The notes below the pieces were generated by a model. It worked only from the letters and a program-made list of their open reading frames with translations. It was not told where the DNA came from and ran no database searches. DNA of 64,000 bases from NCBI GenBank assembly GCA_964291235.2, contig OZ219816.1:864001-928000 (forward strand), in the 5' to 3' direction. This stretch comes from Vicinamibacteria bacterium (GTDB taxonomy: Bacteria > Acidobacteriota > Vicinamibacteria > Marinacidobacterales > Marinacidobacteraceae). A program made the translations under genes and the position numbers. Shown here piece after piece: positions 31,587 to 41,319 of this stretch. The first letter of the stretch is position 1. Each line of letters begins with the position of its first letter.

Positions 31587-32371
31587 TCCCCCTCAGCTAC
31601 GGGGACCTCGTCGCCGCGGCGGCCGCGGTGGTGGCGCTCGCGGTCGCCAACCGGATGGCGGGACTCGCGGTCTCGCGGCAGCTCCTCTGGCTGGCGGCGC
31701 GCGGATCGGCGCAGCTCCTGCTGCTGGGACTCGTGCTGCGCTTCGTTCTCGGAACAACGCAGCCGGTGATCGTCGGACTCATGGCGCTGTTCATGCTGGC
31801 GGTTGCGACGCGGGAGGTGAAGATCCGCCAGGCGCGGCCGCTCGCCGGACGGTGGGGCTACCTCAGCGGAGCGCTGGCGATGTTCCTTTCCTCCTTCCTG
31901 TTCACCGCCTTCGCGCTGGCCGCGGTGCTCGGGCCGGACCCCTGGTGGGCGCCCCGGTTTTCCATCCCGCTGCTCGGGATGCTGCTCGGCAACACCATGA
32001 ACGGCGTCTCGCTCTCGACCGAGCGACTGACCGAAGCCGTGGTCCGCGGCCGGGAGGTCATCGAGCAGCGTCTGGCGCTGGGGGAGACCCGGGAACAGGC
32101 GGTGGCGGACATTTCGCGGGAAAGCGTCCGGGCCGGGCTGATACCCATCTTCAACGCGATGGCGGCCGCGGGGGTGGTGAGCCTGCCGGGAATGATGACG
32201 GGGCAGATCCTCGCCGGCGCCCCGGTGGACCAGGCCGTCCGCTACCAGATCCTCATCCTGCTGCTGATCGCCGCCGGAACCGGTTTCGGGGTGCTCGCGG
32301 CGGTGCGGGTGGTGTCCCGGCGACTCTTCGACGACCGCCACCGGCTGCGCCTCGACCGCCTGGCGGCCTGA
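31583..32371 (+). CDS. ABC transporter permease (FetB/YbbM, UPF0014)
   Basis: IPLLGMLLGNTMN, LALGET, GVVSLPGMMTGQILAG, AVRYQI. Confidence 0.9.
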   Translation: MIPLSYGDLVAAAAAVVALAVANRMAGLAVSRQLLWLAARGSAQLLLLGLVLRFVLGTTQPVIVGLMALFMLAVATREVKIRQARPLAGRWGYLSGALAMFLSSFLFTAFALAAVLGPDPWWAPRFSIPLLGMLLGNTMNGVSLSTERLTEAVVRGREVIEQRLALGETREQAVADISRESVRAGLIPIFNAMAAAGVVSLPGMMTGQILAGAPVDQAVRYQILILLLIAAGTGFGVLAAVRVVSRRLFDDRHRLRLDRLAA

Positions 32372-32437
32372 CGAATCCGCCGGGAGAACGGCGGGTGGAT
32401 ATGGGATACTGCCCGGCTTCCGGAGGTCCGCTGCCCC

Positions 32438-34096
32438 ATGTCTCGAATCCGTCGCTCCAGCCTGCTCCTCGCTCTGGTGATCGCCTGCGTGGCGGCTGCA
32501 CCCGTCGCCGCCCAGGAGGAAATTCCCTACCCGGTGCCCGACCGCTCCGACGGTGAAGGACCGTGGGACCGGCTGATCCTGCGGGGGCCGATCGTGATCG
32601 ACGGCACCGGGGCGCCGCCGTACGGCCCGGTGGACATCATCGTCGAGGGCAACGTCATCCACTCGATCCACAACGTGGGAACCGGGGTGACCCCGATTCG
32701 CGAAGAGGACCGTCCGGCCGCGCAGCCGGGAGATCACGAGATCGATCTGACCGGCCACTACATCCTGCCCGGGTTCATCGACATGCACCTCCACCAGCAC
32801 AACGAGGGCTCCGGGCAGGGGGTCTCCGCCGAGTACATCCACAAGCTGTGGATGGGCCACGGGATCACCGCCGGCGGTGACCTCGGCAACTTCAACACCC
32901 GCTGGCTCATCCATCACAAGAACCGGGCGTGGAACAACGAAATCACCTCGCCCCGCATCCAGGCGTTCGTCGTCTTCGGCCGTGACGGCGAGGAGCCGGT
33001 CACGAACCCCGACGCCGCCCGCCGCTGGGTGCAGTGGGTGAAGGAACAAGGAGCCGACGGCATCAAGTTCTTCGGCGCCCAGCCGCGGATCTTCCGGGCC
33101 GCTCTCGACGAGGCGGCCAAGCAGGGGCTCCGCTCCACCTCCCACCACGCCCAGCTCGATGTCGTGGGCATGAACGCGCTCGAAACCGCCCGCGCCGGGC
33201 TGACCTCCATGACCCACTGGTACGGCCTCCCCGAGGCGATGTTCACGGACAAGGTCATCCAGCACTACCCGGTGGACTACAACTACAACAACGAGTACCA
33301 CCGCTTCACCGAGGCCGGCCGGCTCTGGGCCCAGGCCGCACCTCCTTTCTCCGAGAAGTGGAACGCGGTGATGAACGAACTCCTCGAGCTGGACTTCTCG
33401 ATCCACCCCACCTGGGTGGCCTACATCGGCACTCGGGACCTGATGCGCCAGCAGCGGAACGAGTGGCACTCGGTCTATACCCACCCGAACCTCTGGGAGT
33501 TCTACCGGCCGAACGCGGAAAACCACGCCTCCTACTTCTTTGACTGGACCACCCAGGTCGAACTCAACTGGAAGGAGAACTACAAGCTCTGGATGGCCTT
33601 CGTGAACGAGTTCAAGAACCGGGGAGGCCGGGTCGCGGTTGGTAGCGACTCGGGCTACACCTTCAACCTCTACGGGTTCGGGTTCGTCCAGGAACTGGAG
33701 CTGATGCAGGAGGCCGGGTTCCATCCGCTCGAGGTCATCAAGGCGGCGACCCTGAACGGCGCCGAAGTGCTCGGGCTCGAGGACCGGCTCGGAAGCATCG
33801 AAGAGGAAAAGCTCGCCGACTTCGTGGTTCTTGAGGAGAACCCCCTCCAGAACCTCAAGGTGCTCTACGGGAGCGGAACGATCCGGCTGAACCACGAGAC
33901 CGGCCGCACCGAGCGGATCGGCTCGATCCGCTACACCATCAAGGACGGCATCGTGTACGACACCCGGAAGCTGCTCTCCGACGTGCGCGAGATGGTGCGG
34001 GCCGCCCGCGCCGAGAAGGGCCTGCCGCCCCCGCCGATACCCCTCTTCCTCGAGGACAACCCCGACCACGACTTCCCCAAGCCGGGCAGGCGCTAA
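32438..34096 (+). CDS. Secreted amidohydrolase family protein
   Basis: Signal peptide; LPGFIDMHLH, GSDSG, ATLNGA, GSIEEEKLADFVV. Confidence 0.88.
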   Translation: MSRIRRSSLLLALVIACVAAAPVAAQEEIPYPVPDRSDGEGPWDRLILRGPIVIDGTGAPPYGPVDIIVEGNVIHSIHNVGTGVTPIREEDRPAAQPGDHEIDLTGHYILPGFIDMHLHQHNEGSGQGVSAEYIHKLWMGHGITAGGDLGNFNTRWLIHHKNRAWNNEITSPRIQAFVVFGRDGEEPVTNPDAARRWVQWVKEQGADGIKFFGAQPRIFRAALDEAAKQGLRSTSHHAQLDVVGMNALETARAGLTSMTHWYGLPEAMFTDKVIQHYPVDYNYNNEYHRFTEAGRLWAQAAPPFSEKWNAVMNELLELDFSIHPTWVAYIGTRDLMRQQRNEWHSVYTHPNLWEFYRPNAENHASYFFDWTTQVELNWKENYKLWMAFVNEFKNRGGRVAVGSDSGYTFNLYGFGFVQELELMQEAGFHPLEVIKAATLNGAEVLGLEDRLGSIEEEKLADFVVLEENPLQNLKVLYGSGTIRLNHETGRTERIGSIRYTIKDGIVYDTRKLLSDVREMVRAARAEKGLPPPPIPLFLEDNPDHDFPKPGRR

Positions 34097-34109
34097 CTAG
34101 CCCGGGACC

Positions 34110-34129
34110 GCCGGCCTCCAGGCCGGCAC
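34110..34129. repeat. Single REP-like palindrome
   Basis: GCCGGCCTCCAGGCCGGCAC. Confidence 0.85.
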
Positions 34130-34186
34130 CGCCTGCCGGAGCTCGCCGTCGGCGCGTGAGTTGCCGAATTACAGTAGTATGGTCTT

Positions 34187-34477
34187 ATGGCGATACAGAA
34201 GATGACCTTCAGCCTTGACACCCTGACGGCGGCTCGGATCGGCGCGCTTGCGCGAGATTTGGGAAAGCCGAAAAGCGCGATCGTCCGGGAAGCGGTTTCG
34301 GTATATGCCCAAAACGCCGGACGCCTCACTGAGGAGGAGCGGCTGGCAAGAGTGCGGACGTTCAATGAACTCGTCGCCAAGATCCCTCCGCGTACCCGCG
34401 AGGAAGTTGAGGCGGAACTGGAGGAGGTCCGACGCTCCCGCCGGGCTGGCTGGCTCCACAGCACGGAGGAGTCGTGA
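34187..34477 (+). CDS. Ribbon-helix-helix (CopG-like) antitoxin, VapB-type
   Basis: KMTFSLD...LARDLGKPKSAIVREAV; GTGA overlap with the PIN gene. Confidence 0.8.
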   Translation: MAIQKMTFSLDTLTAARIGALARDLGKPKSAIVREAVSVYAQNAGRLTEEERLARVRTFNELVAKIPPRTREEVEAELEEVRRSRRAGWLHSTEES

Positions 34478-34860
34478 TTCTCCTCGACACCTCGGTTCTG
34501 ATCGAACACCTCACCGGCCGGCCAGCTTCGCCGCATCCGATCAGAAATCTCCTGGAGACCGCTGAACCCATCCGGCTTCCGAGCGTGGTGCTCTACGAAT
34601 GGTTGCGCGGCAGTCGGCGGCCGGAGGAAGTGCAGGCGCAGGAAAGTCTGTTTCCGAGCGAACTTGCGGTTGCGTTCGGTCCGGCGGAAGCCAGAGTGGC
34701 CGCCGATCTCTATCGTTTGCTACGTCGCGCTCGAACGCGAGAAGCGGACATCGCCATCGCGGCGTGCGCGCTGGTTGCGGGGGCGCGCCTCTGGACCCTC
34801 AACGAGAAGGACTTCGGCGACATTCCCGGACTCCGCCTCTACCGGCCGCCTCGGGTATAG
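34474..34860 (+). CDS. vapC: PIN-domain toxin, VapC family
   Basis: ILLDTSVLI, VVLYE, DIAIAACA, TLNEKDF. Confidence 0.9.
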   Translation: MILLDTSVLIEHLTGRPASPHPIRNLLETAEPIRLPSVVLYEWLRGSRRPEEVQAQESLFPSELAVAFGPAEARVAADLYRLLRRARTREADIAIAACALVAGARLWTLNEKDFGDIPGLRLYRPPRV

Positions 34861-34895
34861 CCGGGCCGGCGCCGATCACGCTCACTCTGACGCCG

Positions 34896-35897
34896 TCAGC
34901 GCGGCAAGTACTTCTTCGGGAACATCGCCACCACCGTGTAGTGCGGATCCACCACGTTTCCGATGCGGGCCTTCCCGACCTGCGAAAGGAGCTGTAGCGC
35001 CTCCCAGCGGTCGAGTCCGTAGTCGTCCTCGAGCCAGAAGATGATCTCGGTGTGGGCGATCCGGAAGGCGTCCATCAGGGGGCGCACCGAGCCGGCGACC
35101 ATGAGGTAGTCGTCGTTCTCGATCCGGGGCCAGGCGATGGACTGGCCCTTGATCAGGTCGAACTCGAAGGTCACTTCGGCGGTGGTCTCGAGTCCGGTGC
35201 CGGTGATCTCGCCCTCGCCCTGCAGGGCGTGGACGTCCCCGAAGTAGAAGTAGGCGCCCGGCTCGAACACCGGGAGGTACACGGTCACTCCCTCGCGGAT
35301 TTCCGGGGTGTCCATGTTGCCGCCGAAGTTGCCGGGAGCGGCGTTCCAGATGACCTCGCCCCGGTCCGGCGCGACCGCCATCCGGCCGAGCATCGGCGAG
35401 AGTTCCACGGTGACCGGGTCCTTGCCGCTGGCCGGGAGGTCGAGCGTTCCGGTGTGCGCCTGAAGGTCCAGCCTCCATTCGAAGCGCCGCTGGGGCACCG
35501 GCTCGTGGAGCATCGCGGTCTGGGGCGTCATGGTGAGCGCAGCGAACCCGGTGGAGGTCCCGGAAAACGCCCGGTCCTGGTTGAGCTCCAGGCGGACCAC
35601 CCGAATGGCGAGGGTGTCACCCCGCTCCGATCCTTCGATGTAAATGGGTCCGACCTCACCCGCCAGGTGCCTTGTTTCCTCCGGCATGAACGCCGCGCCC
35701 ATGGACTCGCTGATCAGCGTGTCCCCAGGGGAGATGCGGAGAACCGGCTCCCGGACCGCAAAGCTCTGGTAGCCCCGCTCGGGGATGAAGGTGTGGGTCT
35801 GTCCCTGCGCCGCCGTCAGGGCCGGCGCGAGGCACGCGAGCACGAAGGCCGCGGCGGTGTGCGGAGAGCGAATCGGGGTCGGGGCAGGGGTGCGCAT
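34896..35897 (-). CDS. Acetamidase/formamidase family protein with signal peptide
   Basis: GPIYIEG, PGNFGGNMD, GDVHALQGEGE. Confidence 0.9.
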   Translation of the reverse strand: MRTPAPTPIRSPHTAAAFVLACLAPALTAAQGQTHTFIPERGYQSFAVREPVLRISPGDTLISESMGAAFMPEETRHLAGEVGPIYIEGSERGDTLAIRVVRLELNQDRAFSGTSTGFAALTMTPQTAMLHEPVPQRRFEWRLDLQAHTGTLDLPASGKDPVTVELSPMLGRMAVAPDRGEVIWNAAPGNFGGNMDTPEIREGVTVYLPVFEPGAYFYFGDVHALQGEGEITGTGLETTAEVTFEFDLIKGQSIAWPRIENDDYLMVAGSVRPLMDAFRIAHTEIIFWLEDDYGLDRWEALQLLSQVGKARIGNVVDPHYTVVAMFPKKYLPR

Positions 35898-36770
35898 GGT
35901 CCCGATTCTATGGAGGCAATGGCGCGCCTACCTGGCAGCCTCGCGTCGCCACGGGATCCGCCGGCGTTCGACGCGGTCAGCACGGGTCCGAGCGAACAGT
36001 CGCCGACCCCGAAACGGATCGCCTCCGCGGCGCCGCCGGCCCGGATTCCGGCGGTATGGGCCTTCGGCGTGCAGCCGGTCACGCGGTTGACGACTCGGTG
36101 GAAATGATGCGGGCCGTCCTCCAGTTTCTTGCGTTCGTATCCGCTGGCGAGCGACAGCACCACATGTTCGAATGGCCGGGAATTACATGCGAGTTAGCCT
36201 AGGAAGTGGCTTTGTTGTGGGTCATCTCTAACCTACCCCTAAGAACTGAAGAGTCCGATACGTGAGCATCGCCTCTTTCGATCTTCCGGCCTTTGCTTCA
36301 AGTGTTGGAGCCATTTGGGACCAGTGGGGATGCTGCTTCCGAAAAGGATTACGTCTCCAGCAGGTTCGACAAGGCTGCCTCCCCCAAAGACGTATATCCA
36401 ACGGAATGCCTAATCCATCGAGAATCAATCCAAGTTGTTGTAAGTGTTGTATTTCGATGTTCTGTTTCCTCCGGGATGTTTCTGTAGTTTGACTGTCGTG
36501 AAATTAGGTTCATCCTGTTTGGGCCATCCTCTGCTGTGGGGAGATGTTAGGGGCTAATTTCATATGTAAATCCCAATTGCCAACAACGTGTCAAATATGT
36601 CAAGATGCGGGGATACGAGGTCAAGATTGCGTGAACCTCCGGATCCGGCGCGTCGGTCGAAGCGTCGACGCTTGGTCCGGAACGTCCACGACCGTCCAAT
36701 CCGGTCTGAGGCTGGAGGGGCCGTCTTCACGCAGAGGGAGGCGCCTCGGGGGCCACGGGTGGATCGCCAC

Positions 36771-36963
36771 GACGGCCACGACGAGCTTGCGCCGATGATC
36801 GAGTCACCGCGAAAGCGCATTGCGAGACTCCGTGCGGCGAGCGTGCGCATCAGCGCCAACCTCGAGCTCCGTACCGTCCCTGCGCGGGGAGGTGGAGAAC
36901 GCCCGCGAACTCACCGATGGGCGATTTGCCGCCATCGCCACCATCAACGAAAAGGGCGAGCCC
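36771..36963 (+). pseudogene. Frameshifted N-terminal remnant of a GAF-domain sensor protein
   Basis: DELAPMIESPRKRIARLRAASVRISANLELRTV, then after a frame change LRGEVENARELTDGRFAAIATINEKGEP, resembling a coiled-coil + GAF start. Confidence 0.55.
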
Positions 36964-36975
36964 CGGAGTAGGCGG

Positions 36976-38118
36976 ATGCGCTGTCTGCTCGCGGCCCCGT
37001 TGCTGATCGCCGGCTGCGGCGGGGGCGCGGACGGCACTCCCGTCGCGCCCACCACCCCGGCCCCGGCGGTGGAGTCCGCGCCGCTCCCGCCGCCACAAGA
37101 AGACGTGGTCGTTCCGCCGGCCGAACCCGGGAAGCTCGCCCCGGACCGGATCAGACTGACTCTCACTTCCGAGGCGGGCGCCCCGCTCCCCGACGCGGCC
37201 TACGCGTGGACCACGGACGAGCACTCGGGGTGGGTGTTTCCCCCCGAAGGCCGCACGGACGACGAAGGGCTGATCGACGCCGCCTGGATTCCCGGGTTTC
37301 CGGGAACGGGCAAGCTGGGTCTGACGTTCACCGAGGACGGCGAGGAACGGACCCGCGAGTTTGAGACGGTCAGCGTCGCCTCGGACAACCCCCCATGGTC
37401 CGAGCTGGTTCTGAGACTCAATTCGCCCTTGGCGACGGGTTACTCCATCGACCTTACGCCCCTGACCGAACCGCCCGGCACCTACTACTCCGCAATCAAC
37501 TGGAGTGGCGGATACGCGGGGCTACAGCGGCGCGGAAACCTCTTCGACCGGCAGTTGCAGTTCTCCGCATGGGACGCGAGCGGTGGCACGCCGCCCGAAG
37601 TCGTGGAAATGGCTGACGGACTGATTTGCAGGGGCTTCGATCACGAGGGAAGCGGCGTCCAGTGCGGAACCGAGTACCCGTGGGCCGTCGGCAAGACCTA
37701 CCGCTTCGAGATGACCGTGGAACCGGGCGCCCCCGGGTACAGCCACCTCGTGCTGCACGTCACGGACCTCGAATCCGGCGACCGCCGCCACATCGGAACG
37801 CTGCAAGCCAACCGGCAGGCGTTCGACACCGGATTCTTTGGATTCGTCGAGGATTTCCGCCGCACGGCCCCCACCTGTCTCGATCAGCAGGTCCGAAGCG
37901 CCGCCTTCCGCCGGGCGCTGGCCAGAACCGAAACGGGGTGGGTCCCGCTCACGGACGGCACACTATCGACGTTTTCACGGGAGGACACCGCAAACCCCGG
38001 CACGCCGGCTTGCGTGAACTACGACGTGCGGGAGCACCCGGCGGGCCTCGAACTCTTGATCGGCGGTCCGAACGTACGGGATCCTCACAAATCGGCGAGG
38101 GTCCGCATTCCCGAGTAG
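36976..38118 (+). CDS. DUF3472/DUF5077-like lipoprotein, paralog 1
   Basis: Lipobox LIAG-C; GGYAGLQ, QFSAWD, FDHEGSG, YPW..GKTYRF, FVEDF. Confidence 0.75.
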   Translation: MRCLLAAPLLIAGCGGGADGTPVAPTTPAPAVESAPLPPPQEDVVVPPAEPGKLAPDRIRLTLTSEAGAPLPDAAYAWTTDEHSGWVFPPEGRTDDEGLIDAAWIPGFPGTGKLGLTFTEDGEERTREFETVSVASDNPPWSELVLRLNSPLATGYSIDLTPLTEPPGTYYSAINWSGGYAGLQRRGNLFDRQLQFSAWDASGGTPPEVVEMADGLICRGFDHEGSGVQCGTEYPWAVGKTYRFEMTVEPGAPGYSHLVLHVTDLESGDRRHIGTLQANRQAFDTGFFGFVEDFRRTAPTCLDQQVRSAAFRRALARTETGWVPLTDGTLSTFSREDTANPGTPACVNYDVREHPAGLELLIGGPNVRDPHKSARVRIPE

Positions 38119-38121
38119 TGC

Positions 38122-39279
38122 GTGCGGTCTAAACGCGGAACTCCCCGGGCGCTCGCGGCCTTGCTGCTGCTCGCCGCCGCCTGCGGCGGGGGTCCGGACG
38201 GCACGCCCGTCGTTTCCACCACCCCGACGCCGGAGTCCGCGCCCCTCCCGCCACCACCCGAAGACCTGGTCGTTCCTCCGGCCGAGGCGGGGAAGCTCGC
38301 GGCGGAGCGGATCCGATTCACGCTCATGTCGGCGGCGGGCGCCCCGCTTCCCGACACTGCCTACGCGTGGACCACGGACGAGCACTCGGGCTGGGTGTTC
38401 CCCGCCGAAGGCCGCACGGACGACGAGGGGCTGATCGACGCCGCCTGGATTCCCGGGTTCCCGGGAACGGGAGAGCTGGGCCTGACGTTCACCGAGGACG
38501 GGGAGGAACGGACCCGGGAGTTCGAGACGGTCAGCGTCGCCCCGCCCAACCCCCCGTGGGCCGCGCGGGCTCTAAAACTCAATTCGCCCCTGGCGACGGG
38601 CTACTCCATCGACCTGACGCCCCTGACCGAACCGCCCAGCACGTTCTACGCCGCAATGGACTGGAATGGCGGATACGCCGGGCTGCAGCGGAGCGGCAAC
38701 CTCTTCGACCGGCAGTTGCAGTTCTCCGCATGGGACGCGAGCGGCGGCACGCCGCCGGAAGTCGTGGAAGCCGCTGACGGAGTAATCTGCAAGCGCTTCG
38801 ATCACGAGGGAAGCGGCTTCCAGTGTGGAGCCGAGTACCCGTGGGCCGTCGGGAAGACCTACCGCTTCGAGATGACCGTGGACCCGGGCGCCCCCGGGTT
38901 CAGCCACCTTGCGCTGCACGTCACCGACCTCGAATCAGGCGACCGCCGCCACATCGGAACGTTCAGAGCCAAACGGCAGCCGTTCGACACCGAATTCGAA
39001 TCGTTCGTGGAGGACTTCGGCCGCAGGAGCCCCACCTGTCTCAGCCAGGAGGTCAGAAGCGCCGCCCTCCGCCGGGCGCGAGCGCGAACCGACGCGGGGT
39101 GGGTCCCGCTCGTGAACGCCACTGTGAGCGGGCTTTTCGAGGAGGACGCCGGAAACCCCGGCACCCTGGGATGCGCCAACTACGAACTGCGGGAGCACCC
39201 GGCGGGCATTGAACTCCTGATGGGCGGTACGAACGTGCGGGATCCCCACAAATCGGTGAGGGTCCGGATTCCCGAGTAG
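38122..39279 (+). CDS. DUF3472/DUF5077-like lipoprotein, paralog 2
   Basis: Lipobox LAAA-C; collinear with and highly similar to paralog 1. Confidence 0.75.
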   Translation: MRSKRGTPRALAALLLLAAACGGGPDGTPVVSTTPTPESAPLPPPPEDLVVPPAEAGKLAAERIRFTLMSAAGAPLPDTAYAWTTDEHSGWVFPAEGRTDDEGLIDAAWIPGFPGTGELGLTFTEDGEERTREFETVSVAPPNPPWAARALKLNSPLATGYSIDLTPLTEPPSTFYAAMDWNGGYAGLQRSGNLFDRQLQFSAWDASGGTPPEVVEAADGVICKRFDHEGSGFQCGAEYPWAVGKTYRFEMTVDPGAPGFSHLALHVTDLESGDRRHIGTFRAKRQPFDTEFESFVEDFGRRSPTCLSQEVRSAALRRARARTDAGWVPLVNATVSGLFEEDAGNPGTLGCANYELREHPAGIELLMGGTNVRDPHKSVRVRIPE

Positions 39280-39282
39280 TCC

Positions 39283-40445
39283 TTGCGGTCTGGACGCGGA
39301 ACTCCCCGGGCGGTCGCGGCGCTGCTGCTGCTGCTCGCCGCCGCCTGCGGCGGCGGTCCGGACGGCACGGCCGTCGCTCCCACCACCCCGGCCCCGGCGC
39401 CGGAGTCCGCGCCCCTCCCGCCGCCACCCGAAGACCTGGTCGTTCTCCCGGCCGAGGCGGGGAAACTCGCCCCGGACCGGATCAGACTGACTCTCACTTC
39501 GGAGGCGGGTGCCCCCCTCCTCGACACGGCCTACGCGTGGACCACGGACGAGCACTCGGGGTGGGTGTTCCCCGCCGAAGGTCGCACGGACGACGAGGGG
39601 CTGATCGACGCCGCCTGGATTCCCGGGTTCCCGGGGTCGGGAAAGCTGGTCCTGACGTTCACCGAGGGCGGGGAGGAACGGACCCGGATGTTCGAGACGG
39701 CCAGCGTCGCGCCGCCCAACCCCCCGTGGGGCGCGCAGAGTCTAGTCATCGATTGGCCGCTGACGACGGGCTACGCCGTGGACCTGACGCCCCTGACCGA
39801 ACCGCCCGGCACGTTCTACGGCGCCCTGAACTGGTATGGCGGATACGCCGGGCTCCAGCGGGCGGGCAACCTCTTCGACCGGCAGTTGCAGTTCTCCGTA
39901 TGGGACGGGAGCGGCGGCACACCGTCCGAAGTCGTGGAAATGGCTGACGGAGTGATTTGCAGCCGCTTCGATCACGAGGAAAGCGGCGTCCAGTGTGGAA
40001 CCGAGTACCAGTGGGCCGTTGGAAGACCTACCGCTTCGAGATGACCTTGGAACCGGGTGCCCCCGGGTTCAGCCATCTCGTGCTGCACGTCACGGACCTC
40101 GAATCCGGCGCCCGCCAACGTATCGGAACGCTGAAGGCCAAACGGCCGGCGTTCGGCGCAGGATTCGATGGATTCGTGGAGGACTTCCACCGCACGGCCC
40201 CTACTTGTCTCGAGCAGCAGGTCCGAAGCGCCGCCTTCCGCCGGGCGCGCGCCCGAACCGACGCGGGGTGGGTTCCGCTCGTGAACGCCACCGTAAGCGA
40301 GGTCCGCGAGGACGCCGGAAACCCCGGCACCCTGGAATGCGCCAACTACGAACTGCGGGAGCACCCGGCGGGCATCGAGCTCCTGGTAGGCGGTACGAAC
40401 GTGCGGGATCCCCACAAATCGGTGAGGGTCCGGATTCCCGAGTAG
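39283..40445 (+). pseudogene. DUF3472/DUF5077-like lipoprotein, paralog 3, frameshifted
   Basis: GCC GTT GG AAG ACC near 40021 versus GCC GTC GGC/GGG AAG ACC in the paralogs, a 1-nt deletion. Homology continues in ORF 39957-40445. Confidence 0.8.
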
Positions 40446-40448
40446 TCG

Positions 40449-41216
40449 GTGCGGTCCGGACGCGGAACTACCCGGGCGCTCGCGGCGCTGCTGCTGCTGC
40501 TGCTCGCCGCCGCCTGCGGCGGGGGTACTGGGGGCACGCCCGTCGCTCCGCCCGCCGTCTCGGCCCCAGCGCCCGCGCCACCGCCGGAGCTCCGGGTCTG
40601 CACGGACGAGCGGGAACTGGCCCTCGAATACCTTGCGCACAGTGGGCCCAACCTCCCCCCGCAACTGGTCGAGTTCTGGGACGGGACGCCGATCCGCGTC
40701 GATTTGGACGAGACGAGGATCCCGGAGGCGGAGCGGCCCCACGCGGAACACATGCTGGCGGTCGTGGGACGGTTTTCGGAACGGATCGAGAACCAACTCG
40801 GTTACCCGATCCTCGAACCCGGGGGCTGGATCGGCGAGGACGACGGCTTCGTCATCGAGATGGATGAGCACCTGAGCATCGTGCGGTGCGCGACACTCGA
40901 ACCGGGCCGCCGGGCCGTCATCACCGCGACCCCGGAATTTGCCTCCGTGGGGGCGGCGTTCCCGGCGTGCGCGCTGGCCTGGTTCCAGACCTTCGATCTG
41001 CCCGCCGACTACCTGGCGCCCCACGAACTCTTCCACCTGTTCGGCTTCCGGCACAGCGAGGAAACGCACCCGGAGGAGCGGGAGTGGGGCGGCATCCCGA
41101 TGTCCCGCGGCCTGACGACCGGCGTCAACGCCGCCGGGACGGACTTCATCGAAGGTTTGGGTGTCGCCTTCGAGGACATCGACGCGCTGCGCTGCGTCTT
41201 GCCGGAGGGCGGCTGA
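40449..41216 (+). CDS. Lipoprotein with HExxH zinc-metallopeptidase-like motif
   Basis: Same leader as the upstream paralogs (LAAA-CGGG) but an unrelated body with HELFHLFGFRH. Confidence 0.7.
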   Translation: MRSGRGTTRALAALLLLLLAAACGGGTGGTPVAPPAVSAPAPAPPPELRVCTDERELALEYLAHSGPNLPPQLVEFWDGTPIRVDLDETRIPEAERPHAEHMLAVVGRFSERIENQLGYPILEPGGWIGEDDGFVIEMDEHLSIVRCATLEPGRRAVITATPEFASVGAAFPACALAWFQTFDLPADYLAPHELFHLFGFRHSEETHPEEREWGGIPMSRGLTTGVNAAGTDFIEGLGVAFEDIDALRCVLPEGG

Positions 41217-41319
41217 CGCGCGCCGCCGGCTGCGGTCGGCGGACGCCGGCCGACCACGATCCTGCCGCTCCGCAATTGGAGACCTGGCAAAGCGCAACCC
41301 GAAGGGATACGGGCCCTTG

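Noticed and set aside
36976-41216. Lipoprotein array as integron cassettes or a DGR
   Set aside because: Genes are 3 nt apart, leaving no room for attC sites; differences are not adenine-restricted; no IntI or RT is seen.
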